A stretch of DNA of 64,000 nt from positions 5,332,001-5,396,000 of the forward strand of contig OX597839.1 of assembly GCA_951406725.2 (NCBI GenBank). The letters run 5' to 3'. The notes under the pieces were generated by a model. The model was not told the DNA's origin and did no database searches. It worked only from the letters and a program-made list of their open reading frames with translations. The DNA is from Octopus vulgaris (taxonomy: Eukaryota). Numbering within the stretch: position 1 is the first letter of the stretch; each line of letters starts with the position of its first letter. Below, piece after piece: positions 55,504 through 64,000 of the stretch. The position numbers and the translations under genes were made by a program.

Positions 55504-56085
55504 ATGCCTGTCTACATAATGAAATAATAAGCCATGTGGAAAAGCCACGAGGTTTGAAATATACACGTACCTCCTTACTTGGAGTTCAGTTCCACTGCCT
55601 GGCACTTTGTGCAAGTGGCTTCTACCATACGTGAGGCTGATTAACGCATACCAAACGACACACACGCGTACACAGACACTTTTATATACAGATATATATT
55701 ATAAAGTATACACATACACAGTCACATACGTACACAGACACACATACGCACACATATATACATATACAAATGTCTCATAATTACACACACACACACATAA
55801 ATGTTTGAAGGTGCGTATCATGGTTGTTAGGATGTCGCACCCACGATCCCTAAATCGTGTTTTCGCATTGTTCTGAAGTAAAATACTTCATTTCCGGTTG
55901 CTCTAGTTCACACACTTGAATAACTCTGCGACGGAACAATCTTCCACTCCGGGGGAATGGTGGCATACTCGCATGTGTGTGTAGTTTGGCATGCCATTAA
56001 TCAGCGTCACCTATCGTAGAAGACACTTGCACAAGGTGCCAGGCAGTGGAACTGAACTCCAAGTCACAAGGGACGTGTGTATTTG

Positions 56086-56393
56086 ATTAATATGAAAGAC
56101 GGAAGGTGGAACATAGAGAACCTTTATTGATCACTACAATTGTTTCGACTCGTCTAGCATCGATCACGCGTAGTTGAGATACTGAACTTCTGGTTTAGGC
56201 GTATATCTCGGTGTAGATGTGTTTTCTCAGTTGATTTCAAGCGGTATCTCGTTAAAATAAATGTAAAATTTCTTCTTGCTCTTCGTGTATAGAAATGGTA
56301 AATTAAGGTATACATCGATGCTAGATGGTTCGAAGCAACTGTAGTGATCACTAAAGATTCTCGTATTTTCCACCTTCCGTTTTACATATTAAT
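56086..56393. mobile_element. Family H3 element with ~80-bp inverted arms and a decayed hammerhead (56130-56235, minus strand)
   Basis: Homologous to 23795-23960; GAAA-CAATTG-TA-gtgat retained, core reads CTGAGAA. Confidence 0.7.
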
Positions 56394-56552
56394 TACATAC
56401 CTAACGAACACTGAGCCAGTGACCGTACTTTACCAGCAAACTACCAGGTGTATACCATAAGATTTATCGACTTATAATATATATGTCTGTGTGTCTGTGT
56501 GCGTGTTTGAGAGTGTGTGTATGTGTGTGGGGGCGTATCTGTATGTATGTGT

Positions 56553-56754
56553 GAAAACGAGGCAATTTCTACTCTTCTCTAGAAGCCATCTACTCGCAAT
56601 ACCAGAGGGCGCACACTCTCCTACCTTGATGTAATCGCCAGGGATACAGGTATCCAGCAACAGGACCTCCGTAATGCTATGATGGACCGTGAAGTCTGGC
56701 GTAGCATAGTAAATTCCATTGTATCGACCACGGTCGAACAATGATGATGATGAT
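56553..56754 (+). mobile_element. RTE-type LINE 3' end
   Basis: ENEAISTLL*KPSTRNTRGRTLSYLDVIARDTGIQQQDLRNAMMDREVWRSIV…* followed by a (TGA)n tail. Confidence 0.8.
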
Positions 56755-56995
56755 GTGTGTGTGTATGCGCAGAATGTAACTGAGGTAAAAAGTATTACAA
56801 AAAGAAAATTAAAATTATATCTCTAACATTTATCATATATCTCATATTATATAAATTTATGCGCAAACAGTGATACAGTAGATGATATAGAATTATCGCC
56901 TTCTAAACATTATAACAACAACAGCAATAGTAACAGTAATAATAATAATAATAAATAATAATAATAATAATAATAATAACAACAACAACAACAAC

Positions 56996-57054
<59 letters not shown>

Positions 57055-57268
57055 CAACAAAATCAACGACAATATTAATGATAGCGGTAATAGCAATAAC
57101 AACAGCAATATTAATAACAATAATAGTAGTCTTAGTAATATAAATAATAGTAATAATAAGAATACTAATAATAATGAATATGGTAGTAATAACATTAATA
57201 ACAATAACTATTAACAACAACAGCAGCAGCAGCGACAATAACAACAGCAAAAGCCACGATATCACCAG

Positions 57269-57391
<123 letters not shown>

Positions 57392-57869
57392 ATATCAGAT
57401 ATAGCAGAATACAAAATGTCTTGCAAGAGAATGGAATCACCGATAGCATCTCTAAATTCATTGTGCTATTGGGAGAAGGAGGTATGTGATAACATTGTAT
57501 ACGATAAAGTTTTATACCATGGAACACAATATCAACAGTCTGTGTATAGAAAGTGAATTGATTTGGAGATTTGCATTTGTTTGTTTTTTTTCGTTTACTA
57601 TTTTATTTATATTTATTTATTTATTTATTTATTTATTTTTTGAAGTGTTTGTCGTGTGAACTGACCTGGATATTAAAGCTTGTTCAACTGATGAACAATG
57701 TACGTGTGTATGTATGTGTGTGTATTATGCTTGTGTGTTTACTTAAGTGTGTGTGTGGATGTGTGTGTGTGTGACGAGAGAGAGAAAGAGAGCGGTTTTA
57801 TATTTTTTCTTTCTATTACCGGTATGTTTTTTCTTCTACTGATGCGACACACGTACATCCATCGAACAT

Positions 57870-57903
<34 letters not shown>

Positions 57904-58717
57904 GTGTGTATATATATGTGTGTGTATATATATATATATGTATATATATATGTGTGTATATATGTATATATATATATGTATATATATGTATATATATATA
58001 TATATATATATGTATATTTGTATAGTCTATATACATGTGTGTGTGCGTATATATATATGTGTGTGTGCGTATATATATGTTGTGTGCGTGTAGTGAGAAA
58101 GAAATCAATTTACGAACAGATTCTCATAATTCTATTACTTTATTCCTACCAATATTACAACTGCCAAGTAGTAGTAGTAGTAATAGTAGTAGTAATAGTA
58201 ACAGCAGCAGCAGCTGCAGTAGTAGTAGTGGTGGTGTTGGTTTTGGTGGTGGTGGTAGTGGTGTTTCTCTTATAATATTTTCTTTATTAACCGCAAGGGG
58301 TCTAAAAATAATACAAAGATGCGTAAATTTCACTGCGTTACAAAGCAAAGTGGGGTGTGAACGACACGTTTTGAAATGAAGAAGGGTGTTTGGTGAGAGA
58401 CGGTATAGAATATGAGTTTGGATGGAGTAAAATGCGAAGCACGTTTATTTGTGGGGAAATAAATACGATGGAAGACGATAATTAAAACAACAGCATGAAA
58501 AATGAATGGGGTTTGAATCTGGGCCCTTCAAGTCCTTTCTCGTTAATGATCTCTTGAATTGTATACGAGTGCAATCAAATGTACTAGTAAGCATATTTAG
58601 GGTCATTGACTCTTTTTTTTTTTTAAAGCCGAAATTTTAGAATATTCTCTTTCAAGTTCGGTGTAATATCTTAGTTTGAATTTTGATTGCAACCTATATG
58701 TCGATCGTAACAATTTT

Positions 58718-59148
58718 GGGATCCTTTCGGTTTGAACGGCAGTTTTTCTAGCGGTGTCATATGAAATTGTCACTCACAATTATGACCCTAGTATCGATCT
58801 ATAGCATTTCAATCTGTTTTAGGGTTAGGGTTAGAGTTAGGGTTAGGGATGGGGGGAAGGGTATCTTTTTTTCTTCAGAAATGTAAATAAACCCAATCTG
58901 TTTCTTAAACGAGGGACATATTCATACGGCACAGAATGTTTTCACCTCAATAGACGTTAGTGATTGGTTGAAATTGCAAAAATTGAAGAAAAAAAACAGC
59001 AAATATCTTACAAACTATAGAATTTTCTCAATAAAGCCAAGAGAAAAAGATGTTTTATAAACACATTCTACCAGTATTCGAAGTTTAAAAGTGTTTAGTT
59101 ACGTGGAAATTATTTTTAAAAAACTGCCGGTCAAACCGAAAAGATCCC
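58718..59148 (+). mobile_element. MITE with ~29-bp TIR, internal (TTAGGG)n and 6-bp TSD aatttt
   Basis: GGGATC…GATCCC termini; TSD at 58712-58717 and 59149-59154. Confidence 0.9.
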
Positions 59149-59593
59149 AATTTTGTGTCATAAAACTCTTAGCACATTTATTTCCGTAACCATATATAAA
59201 AAGAAGTTCGATGAAATAATTAATCGAAAGAAGATATAAAGAAAAGAAATAACGATATAAAGAAATTACAGGCCAGGCTCAGTTTAGGTTCTCCAAGATC
59301 CTCCAGTTCAATTATTTCTCAAACTGTGCGAATGTAACCAAATTCTCTAGTAAGGATATTCTTGGGTCATTCAGCCTTCTAGAAACGCCAAAATTTTAGA
59401 TTATTCTCGTTCAAGTTCGGTGTAATATCATAGCTTGATTTTTACTTTAAACGTATCTTTCGAATAATGCATTCTGATCGTAAAATCTTTGTGTTATACA
59501 CTTCATAGAGCGTTTATTTCCGTAGAACTATACAAACAGAAGTACGAATAAATACAATAATCAAAAGAAGATATATACGTAAAATAAATAACA

Positions 59594-60016
59594 GGGATCT
59601 TTTCGGTTTGAACGGCAGTTTTTTCTAGCGGTGTCATATAAAATTGTCACTCATAATTATGACCCTAGAATCGATCTATTGCATTTCAATCTATTTTAGG
59701 GTTAGGATTTGTTAGGGTTAGGGTTAGGGTATGTTTTTTTCTTCAGAAATGTAAATAAACCCAATCTGTTTATTAAACGAGGAACATATTCATACGGCAC
59801 AGAAATGTTTTTTACCTCAATGGACGTCACTGATCGGTTGAAATTGCAGAAATTGAAGAAAAAAAACAACAAATATCTTACAAACTATAGAATTTTCTCA
59901 ATAAAGCCACGAGAAAAAATGTTTTATAAACACATTCTACCAGTATACGAAGTTTAAATGTTATTAGTTACGTGGAAATTATTTTAAAAAACTGCCGGTC
60001 AAACCGAAAAGAACCA
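59594..60016 (+). mobile_element. MITE (same family), 6-bp TSD ataaca
   Basis: TSD at 59588-59593 and 60017-60022. Confidence 0.9.
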
Positions 60017-60391
60017 ATAACAGTATAAAAAATTACGGGCTTGATTGAATTTATGTTTTCCAAGATCCTTCTCATTAATTACTTCTCGAACTGTGAACGG
60101 GTGTAACCAAAATGACTGGTAGACATTTTTATGAGACATTTTGTGTTCAAAAATACTAAATCTTCAGAGTATTCTCTTGTAAGTTCAATATAATGTATTA
60201 GTCTGATTTTTACTAATGATCTACCTTTCACACTTTCTATACTAATCGTAGCAGTTTTTATGCTATAAGATTCATAGCACGCCTATTTGCGCAGAAATAA
60301 TTACAAAAGAAAAACGTATATGTATGCATATGTATATATATGTATATCTATGCATATGTATGTATATGTATGTATATATGTTTTGAATGCA

Positions 60392-60736
60392 CGATCTATT
60401 GCATTTCAATCTATTTTAGGGTTAGGGTTGGTTAGGGGTGGGGGGAAGGGGATCTTTTTTTCTTCAGAAATGTAAATAAACCCAATCTGTTTCTTAAGCG
60501 AGGGACATATTCATACGGCACAGAATGTTTTCACCTCAATAGACGTCAGTGATTGGTTTGAATTGCAGAAATTGAAGAAAAAAAACAACAAATATCTTAC
60601 AAACTATAGAATTTTCTCAATAAAGCCAAGAGAAAAAGATGTTTTATAAACACATTCTACCAGTATACGAAGTTTAAAATTGTTTAGTTACGGGGAAATT
60701 ATTTTTAAAAACTGCCGTTCAAACCGAAAAGATCTC
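60392..60736 (+). mobile_element. MITE (same family), 5'-truncated
   Basis: Right TIR present; 3' flank nearly identical to that of the 58718 copy. Confidence 0.85.
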
Positions 60737-60790
60737 AATTTTGTGTCATAAAACTCTTAGCACATTTATTTCCGTAAACATATTTAAAAA

Positions 60791-60847
<57 letters not shown>

Positions 60848-61103
60848 GTGTGTATCTGTGTTTTTTGCTACTATCGCATGAGAACCGATGTTGGTGTGTT
60901 TACGTCACCGTAACTTAGGGATTCGTCAAAAGAGACCGTTAGAATAAGACCTGGGTTCGATTTCTTCGACTAAAATTCGCTTTAAGCCGGTGCTCCATCT
61001 TGGCCGTAATCAAATTACTGAAACAAGTTAAAAGAAAAATAGAAGAATAAAAGTATATATATTCATATGTATAATATATAATCGTGTGTATGCGTGTGTA
61101 TAT

Positions 61104-61156
<53 letters not shown>

Positions 61157-61947
61157 CTTGTCTATAAATATATAGGCGTGCGCATAAGTATGATCACATA
61201 TACATCGTTGGTAAAATGTGCGCCTTTGACATGACAGAATGTGTACATATATTTCCTTAAATGTGAACGTATCTATGTTAGCAATTCTGTATATATGTGT
61301 GCATATGCTTAGAGGTATCTGTGTGTATGTTTGGAAGTTTAAGAAGCCTCCTGCGCATGTGTATGTGTCTCGAGATTCCTCTGTACGATAGTCTTCCTGT
61401 ACGATAGTCTACAGAGCCAATAAAATCCATTTTTTTTCTAAATTCCCGTCACGTAGCTTTGTAAGAAATGATGGCGGTTTCACAGTCTATTTACACCCTC
61501 AGCCAAACCGTGCTACATTATGTTTCCCCTATGTCTATCCTGTATGACACTGTGACACTTATTGCATACATACGCACGCACACACATGCACAAGCATATA
61601 CACATATATTTGCATCCCCTTTCTTCCTCTCCTCCATCTCTCTTTCTCCCTATCTCTCTCTCTCTCTCTCTCTCTCTCTTTGTGTCTCTGTCTCTGTCTC
61701 TGTGAGTCTTCCCTTTCTCTCAATAAGGCTTCCTTCCTTGGTCTCTCTCATTTTTGTTTAGTTATTCACATATACATACACTCACATTTGCATACATAAC
61801 TGCTTACCAATTGATCTATATGTACGGCTATATATATGCGCATACACATTCTCATATACATACATATATAAGTATGAATTTACAAATAACCACACAAGCA
61901 CATACGCCTAGATACAGCTTTGTGTGTGTGTATATACATATAAGAGA

Positions 61948-61993
<46 letters not shown>

Positions 61994-62546
61994 ATATATA
62001 TATACATGTATATGTATATACATATATATATACGTATATATGTATGTATATATATACGTATATATGTATATATATATATATATTTATATATACGTATATA
62101 TGTATATATATATATATACGTGTATATGTATATATATCCAAGTCTATATACAGGTATCAATTTATGAAGGGTTTTCTTTTCTCCTTATGGTTTCCATCAG
62201 CAACGCTCCTGCCAGAAGGGGGTTCTACTGCTAGGGAATTCATATATATGTGTATGTGTGACCGCATTTGTGTGAGTGTGTGTATGCATGTGTGTGTACT
62301 TGTGTGTGTGCGTATGCATGTATTTGTAGTTAAAAATATAAGTACGTAGAAATATTCACATAAATACCCACACACATATATATATATGTGTACATGCACA
62401 CATATACACATATATGTACGTATGTGTTTGCATCTATACATACATTCATATATAGATACATATATTATATATATATATATATATATATACATATATATAT
62501 ACATATATATATATACATATATATATATATACGCATATAAATATAC

Positions 62547-62745
<199 letters not shown>

Positions 62746-63434
62746 GTGTATGTATGTGTTATAAATGCAATCACAAATATGTTATATGATAACAAGTGTT
62801 CGTCCTTAAATAGCTAGGTAAGAAAATTTACCTCGCTCTCCTTATTCAAGTTACATTTCCCGAGCGAACGGCAACACGATCGATTTACAACAGACAATAC
62901 TGTAAAGGTTAGTCTTAGCTGCGTGCAGAACATGTTCAGAATTATCATTGGATATAATATCAGAAAAGTTCGTGAACAGACCGAAATTGAACATGGTGAA
63001 CATGCAATTGTTGGAAGTACAGTTTTTGTCCTTTAGGAATGCCTAGAGAAATGAGGATTCTTTATCACACTGACGTCAATATAAAATGAACACTTTGACC
63101 AGGATAGGGAAAATCACTGAGCGTTCATTCAGAAATCATCTACACCAACAGGGGAGATAATTTATTTCTAACGCTTAGGGAAAGAAATTCGAGAAATCAC
63201 AATTCATCTTTATCTTTTATTGTTTGTTTCAATCGTGTGATTGTGGCCATGCTGTATTACCAACTCAACTCATATAGCAAAAACTGGTGATCCGGCGCGT
63301 CCAGATAAGGAATATATACGTTATGGAAACCTGAAAACTGACCCTATGAATCAATATGACTCGGGAAGGAACTTTAATGATTTTGTTTTCTCTTACTCTA
63401 TTTGTCTCATTCACGGGGACAGAGACAGATCATA

Positions 63435-63474
<40 letters not shown>

Positions 63475-63556
63475 ATAATAAATATTAGGGAATAAATCCA
63501 AAATTACAGGGAAAAAAATCAGATTTAGGATTAAATCCAATTTTATAGTAAATTAT

Positions 63557-63738
63557 TATATAATATTAATTCGAGACAAAACCACTATTTTGCAAATCAA
63601 ACAAGGAAAGACTTAATCAATACATAAAAAATTTATTTATTTATTTATTTATTTATTTTATATTAAAATTTTTTTATGTATTGATTAAGTCTTTCCTTGT
63701 TTGATTTGCAAAATAGTGGTTTTGTCTCGAATTAATAT

Positions 63739-63743
<5 letters not shown>
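63557..63743. repeat. Inverted repeat with ~77-bp essentially perfect arms beside (TA)n
   Basis: taatattaattcgagacaaaaccactattttgc… / …gcaaaatagtggttttgtctcgaattaatatta. Confidence 0.9.
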
Positions 63744-63781
<38 letters not shown>

Positions 63782-63794
63782 ATTATATATATGT

Positions 63795-63835
<41 letters not shown>

Positions 63836-63867
63836 GCATCTATATTTGCGCAAGTATACGTATACTA

Positions 63868-64000
63868 TTTCTTTACTATCCACAAGGGGCTAAACACAGA
63901 TGGGGCAAGCAAGGACAGACAAACGGATTAAGTCGATTATATCGACCCCAGTGCGTAACTGGTACTTATTTAATCGACCCCGAAAAGATGAAAAGCAAAG
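63868..64000 (-). mobile_element. SINE family B (runs off the window)
   Basis: Reverse-complement match to the family B 3' half. Confidence 0.85.

Larger units (their letters stand above)
58520..60315. repeat. Old ~340-bp tandem repeat, about 2.7 diverged units, interrupted by MITEs
   Basis: Recurrent tattctc(t/g)ttcaagttcggtgtaatatc-like motif at about 58643, 59402 and 60170. Confidence 0.8.

Noticed and set aside
57400-57487. Possible coding exon ending GGAG|gtatgt (RIQNVLQENGITDSISKFIVLLGEG)
   Set aside because: No polypyrimidine acceptor, no recognisable homology and no partner exons

Overview
This is a eukaryotic, very AT-rich and microsatellite-saturated intergenic or intronic window. 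The repeat content (tRNA-derived SINEs, dense (TA)n/(TAA)n/(TAGA)n tracts) suggests a coleoid cephalopod, probably Octopus; this is an inference. No host protein-coding gene is supported, and almost every ORF in the track is a translated microsatellite. Recognisable mobile DNA: three tRNA-SINE families (one MetaSINE-like, forming a 184-bp tandem array), an R4/Dong-clade retrotransposon inside (TAA)n, CR1- and RTE-type 3' ends, a bipartite non-autonomous RTE element with a 12-bp TSD, two mariner relics, and a TTAGGG-containing MITE with 6-bp TSDs. The main hidden signal is a set of short non-coding elements, mostly beside (TA)n tracts, carrying type I hammerhead ribozyme motifs. There are at least five unrelated sequence families, about 10 full or near-full motifs and several 3' half-motifs. 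Some copies show compensatory base changes, and several have inverted arms typical of Penelope-like/retrozyme insertions.
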